A stretch of 64,000 nt of DNA from Bacteriovoracia bacterium (GCA_050251055.1 JBFWNL010000005.1:128001-192000); one strand, 5' to 3'; positions 1 through 10,328 are shown, numbered from the stretch's first letter. Numbers and translations: made by a program. The notes: a model not told the origin generated them from the letters alone.

Positions 1-1247
1 AAGCGTACCTGCATGAAATCGGATTTTTTGAATTGCAGTGCGAGCAGCGTGACCACATGGTGATGGGCAGTTTCGAAAGATGCGTAGCCCAGATCGTCGC
101 CCGGGTTCTTGAGGCTAGCCATGAGCGAAGTCAAAAGTTCGGTAGCGCGGTCCATGTTTCCTCGCATCCGCTCTAGATATGCGTCCTTCTTTTCGTGCTC
201 GGGGTCGGCGATCAGCTCCGCGACGCAGAACTTCGCCGCGTGCAGGGGACCGCTCAAATTGTGGGCGATTAAGGCCGACATTTCGCCGACGGCGAGCATT
301 CGGCCTTTGTCCGTTTCACGCGATACCATGGTGGAGAGCTCGCGCTCGCTCGTGGCCAACCGCCTTACCAGCTGGTTATACGCGGTCTCGAACTGGGCAA
401 GCAGAGGCGAAGTATGCATGGCCAAGGTCGGTGGTGGCTGTTTATATCCTACATGGGCGAGTTGCTGAAAGAGGTGCTCTAGTCCACCGACGAAGAATTG
501 CCGTCGCAGGTACCAGATACGGCAAAACAACGCGATGGCGATGAGTCCGACGGTCCCTACCTCGGTAGCTAGGCGGGCCGGGGTTTCCTCATAGTGAGAA
601 ACTACAGACACGATCTGTAGGGTCACCATGAAAAAGATGATGAAGGTCATCACCAGGATCTCTTGGCGTTCAAAGTCTTGCCGCCGGTAGGGGATCTTCA
701 CGCGGCTAAACACCTCGGTGAAGTCGAAGCGCTGGTGCAGCCGAGAAATCTCTTCGGAGAGGAAAATATGGGATTCGATGAAAACGGCGCCGTAAAAGTA
801 ACAGAAATTAAGCAAATTGATGCAGTAGATTTTAAGGAACTGTTCCCAATTCGAAGCTTCGGGATGCTCCCAAACAAATACTACGACGCATACCGCGGGA
901 AAAACCTTCAGGACACTTTCAAAATAGAGGAACTTGGCACGGCGGGCGGGAAAGCGAGCGAACGATTCGATGAGGGCGATTCGGCGCTTGCGATCCATTT
1001 TCTCGACGGCTGCGTCTTCGAGGCCATCGAAATAGGTGGCGGCGTCTGGATAGAGTTTTAAGAAGAATTTCCGTTCCAGCTTTCGATTGACCAGGAAGGC
1101 CACCATGTCGACGGCCATGACGAGAAGGAACTCTAAAACCGTTGGCTTCAAGAGGATGAAGACCGCGGGGATGACCGCCAGGGTCATAAACTGCCAGCTT
1201 ATCGGACTAACTAAGTCTGATATCCGTTTTAATTTAAAAACCGACAT
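1..1247 (-). CDS. Membrane-bound sensor histidine kinase, partial (3' end runs off the left edge)
   Basis: Not in the ORF track. Manual translation of the minus frame from ATG at 1247 is open to the window edge: MSVFKLKRIS..., several TM segments, a HAMP-like coil (FETAYNQLVRRL), then a HisKA H-box GEMSALIAHNLSGPL. The plus-strand ORFs in this interval are shadows. Confidence 0.85.
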   Translation of the reverse strand, partial: MSVFKLKRISDLVSPISWQFMTLAVIPAVFILLKPTVLEFLLVMAVDMVAFLVNRKLERKFFLKLYPDAATYFDGLEDAAVEKMDRKRRIALIESFARFPARRAKFLYFESVLKVFPAVCVVVFVWEHPEASNWEQFLKIYCINLLNFCYFYGAVFIESHIFLSEEISRLHQRFDFTEVFSRVKIPYRRQDFERQEILVMTFIIFFMVTLQIVSVVSHYEETPARLATEVGTVGLIAIALFCRIWYLRRQFFVGGLEHLFQQLAHVGYKQPPPTLAMHTSPLLAQFETAYNQLVRRLATSERELSTMVSRETDKGRMLAVGEMSALIAHNLSGPLHAAKFCVAELIADPEHEKKDAYLERMRGNMDRATELLTSLMASLKNPGDDLGYASFETAHHHVVTLLALQFKKSDFMQVR

Positions 1248-1278
1248 ACACGCACTGCGTTATACGTGGTTTGGGCGG

Positions 1279-1313
1279 AAAAAGATAGAGGAGAAGGGGT
1301 TCCCTTCTCCTCT
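1279..1313 (-). terminator. Putative intrinsic terminator downstream of the HtrA gene
   Basis: Perfect 12-bp stem AGAGGAGAAGGG/CCCTTCTCCTCT (1287-1313) followed on the minus strand by ATCTTTTT. Confidence 0.6.
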
Positions 1314-1396
1314 GACTACTTTAATAGTATCAACTAGATAGGTACGGTTAAGATCATTTAAACAGTAGTTCTTGGACGACCTCCTCTCTTTGGTCT

Positions 1397-2575
1397 TTAG
1401 GTGGGGTTGGGTTCGGAGGGACGTTGATTCACCCTCACCTGAAGTTTTTGAATGGCTCCATCGCGGAGTATTTGCAGCTCGGCCGTGTCCCCGCTTTTCC
1501 GGGAGCTGACCAGCAGAACGAGTTCCCGAGCGGAGCGGACGGGGGTGCCGCCAAAGCTCAAGATCATGTCTCTTGGCTGGACGCCGGCTTTCTCGGCCGG
1601 ACTTTTGGGTTCTACCGCAACTACAATAGGTGGGGTCGCGGCCGCGGTGCCGTCCTCAAAGCGGTCCATCATCGCCGGGGAGGGGGCCGCATTGGAGAGC
1701 TGAATGCCGAGGTAGCCGCGGTCCACGCGTCCGTTCACGCGCAGCTGGGCAAGCACTGGACGAATCGCATTGGCGGGAATGGCGAATCCGATTCCTTGAG
1801 CTTGGGCAAGAATCGCGTCGTTGATGCCGATGATCTCGCCTTTGAGGTTGAGGAGCGGTCCACCGGAATTCCCCGGATTAATCGGAGCGTCCGTCTGCAG
1901 GTAATCGCCCAAGATCATGGGCGTGGCCCTTCCTTTGGCGGAAATGATCCCGTGGGAGACCGAATGGCCGTGCCCGAAGGGGTTGCCGACCGCCATGACG
2001 TACTCACCGACGCGTAGCTGGTCCGAATCTCCTAGCTGGAGCGGGGTGATTGCGCGCGAAGTTTTCACTTCAAGGAGGGCAAGATCAAGCTCTGGATCCC
2101 GCCCGATGATTTTTGCCGGCGTCGATTTTTCCCCTCGTTCTTCACTGAACTGAACCTGCACGGACTCGGCGTCCGCGATGACGTGATGGTTGGTTAGGAT
2201 AAGTTTACGGTCTCCTTCGGCCTCCACGACCACGCCACTGCCCAGCGCCCTAGGCATCGCGCCGCCAGGAAACCCGGGAAAGCCGAAATATCGGTCAAGT
2301 GGGCTAGGGGCCCGCAGCTTGGCCGTGGTGGAGATGTTCACCACCGAAGGAACGGCTTTTTCGGCCAGGGCCGCGAAGATATTGGGATCGGTCGCGAGCA
2401 CGGCAGGAGGAGGGGGCGAAACGGGGGACGCCCCGGTGCTGGTGGTGACCGCGGCGCGGCTAGGCGCCCCACCCAGGCCACTCAAACCCCAAAATCCCGC
2501 GATGAACGATCCCCCTGCCAGCAGGGCAAGCGTGACGATAGCGATGGCTGGGATATTCTGGTTCAGGCGTTTCAT
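1397..2575 (-). CDS. HtrA/DegP-family serine protease with a single PDZ domain
   Basis: N-terminal TM segment; catalytic motifs TNHHV, DLALL and TDAPINPGNSGGPL; C-terminal PDZ (GYLGI...SPAEKAG). Confidence 0.95.
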   Translation of the reverse strand: MKRLNQNIPAIAIVTLALLAGGSFIAGFWGLSGLGGAPSRAAVTTSTGASPVSPPPPAVLATDPNIFAALAEKAVPSVVNISTTAKLRAPSPLDRYFGFPGFPGGAMPRALGSGVVVEAEGDRKLILTNHHVIADAESVQVQFSEERGEKSTPAKIIGRDPELDLALLEVKTSRAITPLQLGDSDQLRVGEYVMAVGNPFGHGHSVSHGIISAKGRATPMILGDYLQTDAPINPGNSGGPLLNLKGEIIGINDAILAQAQGIGFAIPANAIRPVLAQLRVNGRVDRGYLGIQLSNAAPSPAMMDRFEDGTAAATPPIVVAVEPKSPAEKAGVQPRDMILSFGGTPVRSARELVLLVSSRKSGDTAELQILRDGAIQKLQVRVNQRPSEPNPT

Positions 2576-2648
2576 GGTTCAATCAACCTCCTGGATCCGG
2601 TTTTACCCAGGAAGGCTTAGAGCCACATGAATAAGGGATTAAAAAAAA

Positions 2649-3917
2649 TTAACCTCCGGAGGGGAGGAGAATCACGAAGCGGGTGTTTGGGGATGAGGCA
2701 TCCAGCGACATATTACCGCCGAAGCGGAGCAGCAGGTTGCGGGAGATGCTGAGGCCGAGACCCGTGCCCTTACCCGCTTCTTTCGTGGTGAAGAAAGAGT
2801 CGAATATTTTCGCCTGGAAGTCGGCCGGGATGCCAGGGCCGGAGTCCGTCACGGAAATCTCGATTTGCCCGGCCACGGGTTTGGCTTCGATCTTTACCCA
2901 AGGCGCGGTCGTACCTTGGACGGCGTCGAAGCTGTTGTTAAGGAGGTTGAGGAGAATTTGGCTTAACTCGGTCATGCGCCCCTTCACGCGTAGGGGGCGG
3001 GTCGGGTCCTCGCGAAGCTGGATTTGGAGGCCGATGCCGTGGCGGCGGAAGCGGTCCCGGGAAAAGGAAAGGGTGTTATCCACCCAGTCACGCACGTGGA
3101 TCGTGCTCAACGGATCCTGTGACCCTTCTCGCGAAAAACCGCGAATACCGGCGATAATTTCCGCCGCGCGATCAGTCGCGGCGATTACCTTCTTGAACGT
3201 GTTCCTCACTTTTTCGTTAGCGAGTTCGGTTTCCGGGGGCAACGACTGAAGGATGTCCAGACTGGCCCGGACGATCGTTAGCGGATTATTGATTTCGTGA
3301 CCTATTCCGCTCGCCATCGTTCCCAGGGCCACGAGCTTCGAGCTGCGCGCCATCTCGTCCTGGTGTTTCTGCTGTTGCGTCAAAATCGCGTTCAAAAAGC
3401 GGAACTGTTCCCGAATCACGATCAAGTACCAGATGAGCAGGGGTGTGATGGCGCCCAGGAACATCAACTCCGGAAATCCTTCGGGCTTGGGCGAGAGCAG
3501 GGTCGTTATTACGAGTCCGGCCATCAAGTACACCGCGGCGGCGCTGGCGGCCTTCAAGGAGGTCCCGCCGATGGCGACGAGCACCCCGAACACCATGATG
3601 TAGCAGGCGTGTGAGTAGGCGGGCGCCATTTCATTTCGATAGGCCGAGTAAAAAAAACTCGTGGCCAGGAACAGGATGTTGACCGTGAAAATCCAGGTCA
3701 TTCGTTTCCGAAGGGCTTCCACGTGATAGCTGAGGGCGGTCGTCACGAGAAAAAGTACGGGGATGAAAAGATAATGTAGCAAACCGTCGGTGCCGATCGG
3801 CTGGCCGATCGAGACGAATCCACAAAACATAGGATATAGAAAGGCCGCCGCGATAGACATGACGCGTAGACGGCTAAGCTGGGCGGCCTGCAGGCCTGAA
3901 TCAATCTTGGTAATCAC
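2649..3917 (-). CDS. Membrane sensor histidine kinase (NtrB-like HisKA-HATPase)
   Basis: About 6 TM helices; H-box GHEINNPL; N-box NLLNN; DSGPGI, FFTTK and GTGLGL boxes. Confidence 0.93.
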   Translation of the reverse strand: MITKIDSGLQAAQLSRLRVMSIAAAFLYPMFCGFVSIGQPIGTDGLLHYLFIPVLFLVTTALSYHVEALRKRMTWIFTVNILFLATSFFYSAYRNEMAPAYSHACYIMVFGVLVAIGGTSLKAASAAAVYLMAGLVITTLLSPKPEGFPELMFLGAITPLLIWYLIVIREQFRFLNAILTQQQKHQDEMARSSKLVALGTMASGIGHEINNPLTIVRASLDILQSLPPETELANEKVRNTFKKVIAATDRAAEIIAGIRGFSREGSQDPLSTIHVRDWVDNTLSFSRDRFRRHGIGLQIQLREDPTRPLRVKGRMTELSQILLNLLNNSFDAVQGTTAPWVKIEAKPVAGQIEISVTDSGPGIPADFQAKIFDSFFTTKEAGKGTGLGLSISRNLLLRFGGNMSLDASSPNTRFVILLPSGG

Positions 3918-3952
3918 CCGGGGTTAGCGGAGATTGTACCCAAAAAACAGGC

Positions 3953-4465
3953 TTATGGGCGAAGGGTTTTTTGCACCCGCTGCATTTCGTAACGGGTGGC
4001 CTTGGCCGGACAGCCGATTTCCCAGTTGCCCGTCACGGAGTCGATCAGGACGGTGCCTTCCAGGCAGTGGAACATGGGGATGCCTTCGACGGGGGTCTTC
4101 TGCTTGCTGTCGGCCGCGGCATAAAGCACTTCCGCGCGGAACCAGACTAGGCCACCTTCTTCTCGTTTAGAGTTCGCATCGGGGGAGACCCAGAAGATAT
4201 CCAGGTGGTTTTTCTCGGAGGCGTCCGGGACCGTGACAAAAATACCGGCCTGGGCCTTGAGCAGGGCGTTTACCTGGAGATCGGCGGCCTTGGCGGTGAG
4301 GATCCGGCCATCCGCGAAAGTAAGGGTGCCCGAGCCGCTCTGCAGGGTGAGTTGAGTGCCCGATGCGGCGTCACGGAAACTCCCCTGATAGGCGGAAGGG
4401 ATCTTGCCGCAAGCCGAAGCCAGGGCCATTAGCGCCAAAACTGAAAGTCGAGTGATGATTCTCAT
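3953..4465 (-). CDS. Hypothetical lipoprotein
   Basis: Lipobox LASAC; lies 26 bp downstream of the 745-aa gene on the same strand. Confidence 0.8.
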   Translation of the reverse strand: MRIITRLSVLALMALASACGKIPSAYQGSFRDAASGTQLTLQSGSGTLTFADGRILTAKAADLQVNALLKAQAGIFVTVPDASEKNHLDIFWVSPDANSKREEGGLVWFRAEVLYAAADSKQKTPVEGIPMFHCLEGTVLIDSVTGNWEIGCPAKATRYEMQRVQKTLRP

Positions 4466-4491
4466 GATTCTATTCCCTCTTACTGGTTCCG

Positions 4492-6729
4492 TTAGAACTT
4501 CGCCTGGTGGACGACGACCGTTCGGCCGTCTTCTTGTACTTCGAGCACCAGGGTGCCACCGTCGTTATCCCGCTTTGACATCACCGGAATAACGAAGCTG
4601 AGTGATTTACCTCTACGAATTGGTTTCAGGTACTGGGGGTTCGGCCCAAGCACGACGAGATTGGCATCCGCATCGTCCAGAAACGACGCCTTTAGCTGCA
4701 GTCCGCGGCTCGAAACGCGCGAGCTGATGTTGGTAATCACGTACTCCGCGCGAGTGGTGCCGGCCTTACGTAAGCCCCCAATGGAGTTCTTTAGGCCGAT
4801 ACGGTAGTCGTTCTTGAGTGGGATCTCTTTCATCTCGTCGAGCAGCCCCACCCGGCGCCCCCCGCGGTCGGCCGGACCGAGATTGGCGCTGAAAAACACC
4901 GGGATCTTGATCGAGCTGCCAGGCTTACGCGCGATGGCTCTGAATTCCACCACCCGGCTCTCCCCGGGTTGCAGTACGCCCACCGCCGCGCTGCCTACGG
5001 TGATCTGCAGGTCTTCCGGTTTGGATTCGAAGGTAACGAGCAGGTTCGCTTCCGTCGCCGCCTGCGATTGGTTGGTCACCTTCATTTTTACCGGGCTTTC
5101 AATGCCTTCTTGCAGTTCCGGCGGTTCCGCGTAGGTCACGACGGTCATGAATTTTGCCGTTACGACCAGCTGTGAGTTGCCGATCTGTCGGCCTTGATAA
5201 AAGGCTTTGAGCACGAAAGCCTTCGCTTGGTTGACGGCAGATTCGTTCATGCGAAACTCGAGCGCTTCCGTGACGTCCGTCACGCTCTTGCGACGCAGAT
5301 CACGCTTGAGGGTGGCGCTAGCCTCGGAAATCACCGCGGAGTTCGCGTCGAGCGCCTCGAGCTGGAACTGGATGTCGCGGCCCGCGAGCGCGGAAGCGTC
5401 GAAGTTGCGCAACTGCACCGTCAATCGCAAGGGCTCCCCGGGTTCGTAAAGGCCATTGACGATGGTTTCCGTCACCTGGGCGGATTGCACGCGCACCGGA
5501 CGCAGGCGGAAGTCTTCCGCCTCGTCGGCTTGGCCTAGTTTGTACTGCTGGGCCGCGTAAGTGGGATAGACTTCGTCGTACTTTCTGCGCTTGGCCGCAT
5601 TATAGGCCGCCGTGTAAAGCTCGTTCACGCGTTGAGCGTAAGCACGTTGCCTGGCGTCCTCGTAATGACGAGCGTAGGCTGCGTCGTAGGTGCGCCGGTA
5701 GGCGGCTTCCGAAGCGTCGCGGAAAGCGTCGCGGTAGGCGTCCGCGTACGCGCGATCGTAGGCGCGTCGATACTCCTGGGCGTAACCATCGCGGTAGCCG
5801 TCATTATATCCTCGTACGCGGTCTTGGCGGTAATCTTGCGCGCGAGCTTTTGCGCAGCCGTCGTTGTAGCCCGCGTTGTACGCGGCGTTGTAGGCGTTGT
5901 TGTAGGTTCCGTTGTAGGCGCTTTGGAACCCAGAAGGGTACCCGCTTCCATAGCCCGCCAGATAAGCGCGGTTTTCCTCGTCGGATGGATAGGTGCGCCG
6001 GGGTTTATAATACCGATTATCTGGAGACGCGAAAAAATTCATGGATTCTGCCGCGGTAAGCCCGTGCGTCTCTCCGGCTTCTTCTCCCAGGAGGTCCGGC
6101 GCGAACCCACCGAATGCACGCTGAGAAAACGTGTCTCGATTCTCCACCGCTTCCGCCATGCGCGCGTCCCGGTAGTCCTTGCGTCCCCGTGGGTAGTCGA
6201 CTCGCCGAGCGGTTTCTTGGGCTTCTTGATCACCCGCGATTATCCCGTCGCGATCGCCGCGTTGAGGGGCGTCCGAGCGGTTCGCCTCATCAATTCCACG
6301 TTGAGTGCCGAGCGGAACGGCCACGGAGGCAGCATCCCGATCGGCGCGCGCGATCCCGTCGGCGTCACCGTCGCGGTCTCCCCGATTGCGTCCGTCGATT
6401 TCACCGGCGCGATCGCCATCGTACCTTCCAATGCGTTCCCCTTCGAGAAGACCCGTACGATATCCTTCCCGGTAGTAGCGTTCTTTCTCTTCGCGTTCAC
6501 ATTTGTTAAAGCCATCTTGAAAACCTTTGCCAAGACCCGCCTGACGTCCTTCAGCGGGGCCGCGTTCATTGCCTTCGCGGGCTCCGTCCGCCGAGCCATC
6601 GCTGACGCCTTGGGAGCGTGCGCCGGCGGGATCCGCTTGCGCGCTGGGAATAGCACCGGCAGGTAGGATCAAGCTCAGTACTAGTAGGATGTAGAACCAG
6701 GAACGCGCCGGGCGTAGATAGGTGATCAC
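4492..6729 (-). CDS. Large secreted protein with GxxxG/YxxxY tetrad-repeat helical region and C-terminal Ig-like domains
   Basis: Signal peptide; GxxxGxxxG and YxxAYxxAY repeats; NGLYEPGE and beta-rich C-terminal modules; SD GGAGGG upstream of the GTG start. Confidence 0.85.
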   Translation of the reverse strand: MITYLRPARSWFYILLVLSLILPAGAIPSAQADPAGARSQGVSDGSADGAREGNERGPAEGRQAGLGKGFQDGFNKCEREEKERYYREGYRTGLLEGERIGRYDGDRAGEIDGRNRGDRDGDADGIARADRDAASVAVPLGTQRGIDEANRSDAPQRGDRDGIIAGDQEAQETARRVDYPRGRKDYRDARMAEAVENRDTFSQRAFGGFAPDLLGEEAGETHGLTAAESMNFFASPDNRYYKPRRTYPSDEENRAYLAGYGSGYPSGFQSAYNGTYNNAYNAAYNAGYNDGCAKARAQDYRQDRVRGYNDGYRDGYAQEYRRAYDRAYADAYRDAFRDASEAAYRRTYDAAYARHYEDARQRAYAQRVNELYTAAYNAAKRRKYDEVYPTYAAQQYKLGQADEAEDFRLRPVRVQSAQVTETIVNGLYEPGEPLRLTVQLRNFDASALAGRDIQFQLEALDANSAVISEASATLKRDLRRKSVTDVTEALEFRMNESAVNQAKAFVLKAFYQGRQIGNSQLVVTAKFMTVVTYAEPPELQEGIESPVKMKVTNQSQAATEANLLVTFESKPEDLQITVGSAAVGVLQPGESRVVEFRAIARKPGSSIKIPVFFSANLGPADRGGRRVGLLDEMKEIPLKNDYRIGLKNSIGGLRKAGTTRAEYVITNISSRVSSRGLQLKASFLDDADANLVVLGPNPQYLKPIRRGKSLSFVIPVMSKRDNDGGTLVLEVQEDGRTVVVHQAKF

Positions 6730-6769
6730 GATATTTCCCTCCTTAGAATGCGATTAAGATACTCGTTAA

Positions 6770-6784
6770 GCAAAAAAAGTGCCG
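6770..6784 (-). promoter_or_regulatory. Putative sigma-54 (-24/-12) promoter
   Basis: CGGCAC-TTTTT-TTGC on the minus strand, 41 bp upstream of the 6729 start. Confidence 0.65.
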
Positions 6785-6923
6785 GGAAAAAGGGCGCGCG
6801 CTCTGTGTCATCTTGCAAAATAACGCGGTGTCTGGCTATCATCCAGAGTCAGTTTGGCGCTATGCGAGCGGTGAGGTGGTAGCAATTCGTCGCGCGCACG
6901 GGATCGTGATCGAGGAGAAAATC

Positions 6924-8138
6924 ATGTCGGCGAAGTTGATGGCTCATCTGAAAAACGAAACGCAAAAGCTCCGAGAGACGGGATTGTACAAACCGGAACG
7001 GGTGATGAGCTCCCCACAAGGCTCGGTGGTTTCGGTGACGTCGGGCGCTACGGCTGGTACTAAACTCATTAACCTTTGCGCCAATAACTATCTCGGCCTA
7101 TCCAATCACCCCGCTTTGGTTCGGGCGGCCGTCGAGGCGCTTCCGAAATACGGTTTCGGGCTTTCCTCGGTGCGCTTTATCTGCGGCACGCAGGACATTC
7201 ATAAGGAACTCGAGCGTGAGCTCAGCCGGTTTTTAGGCACTGACGACACGATCCTCTATTCTTCCTGCTTCGACGCTAACGGCGGGGTGTTCGAAACGCT
7301 CTTCGGTGAAGAGGACGCGATTATCAGCGACGCGCTCAATCACGCCAGTATCATCGATGGCATCCGTCTTTCGAAAGCCAAGCGCTTCCGCTACGCCAAC
7401 AACGACATGGCCGATCTCGAGAAGAACCTGAAGGACGCGGCGGGCACTCGTTTTCGCGTGATCGTAACCGACGGGGTGTTTTCGATGGATGGCACGCTCG
7501 CCAATCTCACGGAGATCTGCCGCCTTGCCGATCGATACGACTGCCTGGTCATGGTCGACGATTCGCACGCCGTCGGCTTCATGGGGAAAGACGGTCGGGG
7601 CGTACCGGAGCACTACGGGTTGATGAAGCGCGTGGACATCCTTACGGGCACCCTGGGTAAGGCGCTCGGTGGTGCTTCGGGAGGGTACGTAGCCGCTCGG
7701 AAGGACATCGTTGAGTGGCTGCGCCAGCGCTCGCGTCCTTATCTCTTTTCGAATTCGGTGGCGCCGGTCATTGTGGCCACGTCGCTGGAGGTTTTGAAGC
7801 TGCTCAATACTTCGGGCGAGCTTCGCACCCGCCTCCATGCCAACGCCAAGCACTTTCGGACCCAGATGACCAAGCTGGGCTTTCGCCTGATCCCGGGCGA
7901 GCATCCCATTATCCCGGTGATGATGCCCGAGGGACCGAATAACGCGAAACTTGCTGGCCAGATGGCCGAAAAACTCATGGCCGAAGGGGTTTACGTGATC
8001 GGCTTTTCGTTCCCGGTGGTGCCCATGGGCCAGGCGCGTATTCGCACCCAGATTTCGGCTGCGCATACGATTCCGGAATTGGATCAAGCGGTTGCTGCCT
8101 TCGCAAAAGTTGGGCGTGAACTAGGCGTCCTAAGCTGA
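6924..8138 (+). CDS. kbl: Glycine C-acetyltransferase (2-amino-3-ketobutyrate CoA ligase)
   Basis: [30 protein letters not shown] and the PLP-Lys motif GTLGKALGG. Start placed at ATG 6924 after SD GAGGAG. Confidence 0.96.
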   Translation: MSAKLMAHLKNETQKLRETGLYKPERVMSSPQGSVVSVTSGATAGTKLINLCANNYLGLSNHPALVRAAVEALPKYGFGLSSVRFICGTQDIHKELERELSRFLGTDDTILYSSCFDANGGVFETLFGEEDAIISDALNHASIIDGIRLSKAKRFRYANNDMADLEKNLKDAAGTRFRVIVTDGVFSMDGTLANLTEICRLADRYDCLVMVDDSHAVGFMGKDGRGVPEHYGLMKRVDILTGTLGKALGGASGGYVAARKDIVEWLRQRSRPYLFSNSVAPVIVATSLEVLKLLNTSGELRTRLHANAKHFRTQMTKLGFRLIPGEHPIIPVMMPEGPNNAKLAGQMAEKLMAEGVYVIGFSFPVVPMGQARIRTQISAAHTIPELDQAVAAFAKVGRELGVLS

Positions 8139-8154
8139 TATAAACGGCTCCACT

Positions 8155-9180
8155 ATGAAAGCTCTGCAGAAGAAAGAAGCCAAAGAGGGCCTATGGTTGG
8201 TCGACGCCCCCGTGCCCAAAATTGGTCCCAATGACCTCCTGATTCGCATCAAGAAAACCGCGATTTGCGGCACCGACGTGCATATCTATAATTGGGACGC
8301 CTGGTCGCAGAAGACCATTCCCGTGCCGATGATCACCGGCCACGAATTCGTAGGCGTGGTGGAGGAAGTGGGCTCCGCCGTCCACGGATTTCAGAAGGGC
8401 GATCGCGTTTCCGGAGAAGGACATCTTACCTGCGGGAATTGTCGAAATTGCCGAGCCGGCAAGCGGCACCTTTGCCGAAACACGGTGGGGGTCGGCGTGA
8501 ATCGCGACGGCTGTTTCGCCGAGTTCCTGGCGCTTCCCGCCGGGAACGCCTTCAAAATTCCGGATTCCATCCCGGACGAGATTGCGGCTTTTTTTGATCC
8601 CTATGGCAACGCCGCGCACACGGCGCTTTCGTTCGATCTCGTGGGCGAAGACGTATTGATCACCGGTGCCGGTCCGATTGGGATTATGGCCGTGGCCATC
8701 GCCAAGCGCGCTGGCGCGCGCCATGTCGTCATTACCGACGTGAATGACTATCGGCTGGAGCTTGCCAAGAAAATGGGCCCCACGCGCGTGGTGAACCCAA
8801 AGCACGAAGATCTCAAGAAAGTCATGCAGGGCTTGGGCATGACGGAAGGCTTCGATGTTGGCATGGAAATGTCCGGTAGCGCGCCGGCGTTCCAAAGCAT
8901 GCTCGAGAACATGAATCACGGCGGGAAGATCGCGATGCTCGGAATTTTCTCCGATCCGGTCGCCATCGACTGGAGCAAGGTGATCTTCAAGGGCCTGGTG
9001 CTGAAGGGCGTCTATGGCCGCGAGATGTACGAGACCTGGTACAAGATGACGAGCATGCTGCAAAGCGGGCTCGATCTCACGCCCGTGATCACCCACCGTT
9101 TTCCGGCGGCCGAATTTCAAAAGGGATTCGATGCGATGCGCTCGGGGAGGTCGGGCAAGGTGATTCTCGACTGGACCTAG
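8155..9180 (+). CDS. tdh: L-threonine 3-dehydrogenase
   Basis: Zn motifs ICGTDVH, GHEF and CGNCRNC; GAGPIG; [12 protein letters not shown]; adjacent to kbl. Confidence 0.97.
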   Translation: MKALQKKEAKEGLWLVDAPVPKIGPNDLLIRIKKTAICGTDVHIYNWDAWSQKTIPVPMITGHEFVGVVEEVGSAVHGFQKGDRVSGEGHLTCGNCRNCRAGKRHLCRNTVGVGVNRDGCFAEFLALPAGNAFKIPDSIPDEIAAFFDPYGNAAHTALSFDLVGEDVLITGAGPIGIMAVAIAKRAGARHVVITDVNDYRLELAKKMGPTRVVNPKHEDLKKVMQGLGMTEGFDVGMEMSGSAPAFQSMLENMNHGGKIAMLGIFSDPVAIDWSKVIFKGLVLKGVYGREMYETWYKMTSMLQSGLDLTPVITHRFPAAEFQKGFDAMRSGRSGKVILDWT

Positions 9181-9250
9181 GCTAAAGTTCGCTGGGCCGC
9201 CATGGCAAGTCTGTTTGCCACGGCGGCGATCCAATCAAAGAGGGTAGAAC

Positions 9251-9691
9251 TTAGGTGCGAGCGTGGGCTTTTTGCCAAGCCTGCATGGGCTTGAAAGTCC
9301 AGGTCATGATGAACGAAGCGCAAAGGACCTGCACGACGGAAACGAAAAACCAGCGCATGACGAGTTCCGTCGGGACCGGCGTGGTGACCCACATACCGAG
9401 CTGACCGGGAAGGTGCGCGACTATGAGGATTCCCAGGCCGTAGCGGAAGGCTTGATGCCACGGGTTGTCCTTGCTAATTCCCTTGGAGTAGATCCAAACG
9501 AACGCCCATGAGAAGATGAAGTCGCCCAGCCACATGAAGGCCATCATCTTCTGCATTTCTTCCATCGGTCGCCAGAGCTGCGCGGTGGCCTGATACATCG
9601 GCGACAACCAGATGCCGTGGAACAGGAAGTTGGTCACCATCATGACTACCCATACTGCGAAAACGGAAAACCAGAATCGTTTTTGACTCAT
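9251..9691 (-). CDS. Hypothetical 4-TM membrane protein (DUF1761-like)
   Basis: Four hydrophobic helices; SD GGGGAA upstream. Confidence 0.75.
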   Translation of the reverse strand: MSQKRFWFSVFAVWVVMMVTNFLFHGIWLSPMYQATAQLWRPMEEMQKMMAFMWLGDFIFSWAFVWIYSKGISKDNPWHQAFRYGLGILIVAHLPGQLGMWVTTPVPTELVMRWFFVSVVQVLCASFIMTWTFKPMQAWQKAHART

Positions 9692-9764
9692 GGACTTTTC
9701 CCCCTTTCCCCAATTCTAGGGGCCAATCTTCCTTAAAAACAAGGTCAAAGGTATACTCTCGGCC

Positions 9765-10322
9765 ATGGATCCCCGTATCGTGGCCAAGGAGTTTTACTTC
9801 TTTCGGCATGCCGCCACCGACCTGCATGCGAAGGGCCTGGCTTGTGGCGGCGGGAGCGATGTGCCGCTCAGCGAGGCTGGATTGCAAGAGGCCAGGGCGG
9901 CCGCGAAAATTTTTCGGAAGAACCCCCAGAAGATCAAAACTATTTTTAGCAGCTCGTTGCTGCGCGCGATTCAAACCGCGGACATCGTGCACGATGTGGT
10001 CGACGTGAAGCTGCGGGTGTTCCCGCATTTCGCCGAGCGGCACCTGGGGGATTGGGAGGGAAAGCCCGTGGCGGAGATCGAGGGGTTTTCCGCTTTCGCG
10101 CCGACGATTCCCCGGGGCGAGGCGTACGCAGCGTTTGAAAAGCGCGTAGGCGAGGGTTTGGTGATTGCTCTGGGTACGGCGCAGGTGAGCCTGATTGTGA
10201 GTCATGGGTTCGTGGCGGCCGTGATTCAGAGAATTCTCGGGGCCCCGGAAGTTTCGGCCGAACGATGTCGCCTGTTACATTTTACGCGAGGCGACGCCGG
10301 CTGGAGCGTGCGCCTCGCGTGA
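9765..10322 (+). CDS. Histidine phosphatase family protein
   Basis: RHA(G) motif, SSSLLRAIQTA, ERHLGDWEG and VSHG. Confidence 0.9.
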   Translation: MDPRIVAKEFYFFRHAATDLHAKGLACGGGSDVPLSEAGLQEARAAAKIFRKNPQKIKTIFSSSLLRAIQTADIVHDVVDVKLRVFPHFAERHLGDWEGKPVAEIEGFSAFAPTIPRGEAYAAFEKRVGEGLVIALGTAQVSLIVSHGFVAAVIQRILGAPEVSAERCRLLHFTRGDAGWSVRLA

Positions 10323-10328
10323 GCTGAA

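Noticed and set aside
109-1341. Plus-strand ORFs 109-468, 179-544, 663-1061 and 1087-1341
   Set aside because: Shadows of the minus-strand histidine kinase (1-1247).
5860-5920. 12-bp periodic GTTGTA repeats as a CRISPR-like or non-coding array
   Set aside because: They encode YNxx protein repeats; there are no spacers or cas genes.
6836-6923. TCATCCAGAG upstream of kbl resembles the start of a SAM-I riboswitch
   Set aside because: The downstream conserved elements (GAGGGA, GCAACC, GTGC.AA.TCC) are absent, and there are no glycine riboswitch motifs either.
5632-9234. Long antisense ORFs (5632-6666, 7233-8087, 8191-9234; likewise 45629-46600)
   Set aside because: Expected antisense open frames in GC-rich coding DNA opposite well-supported genes.
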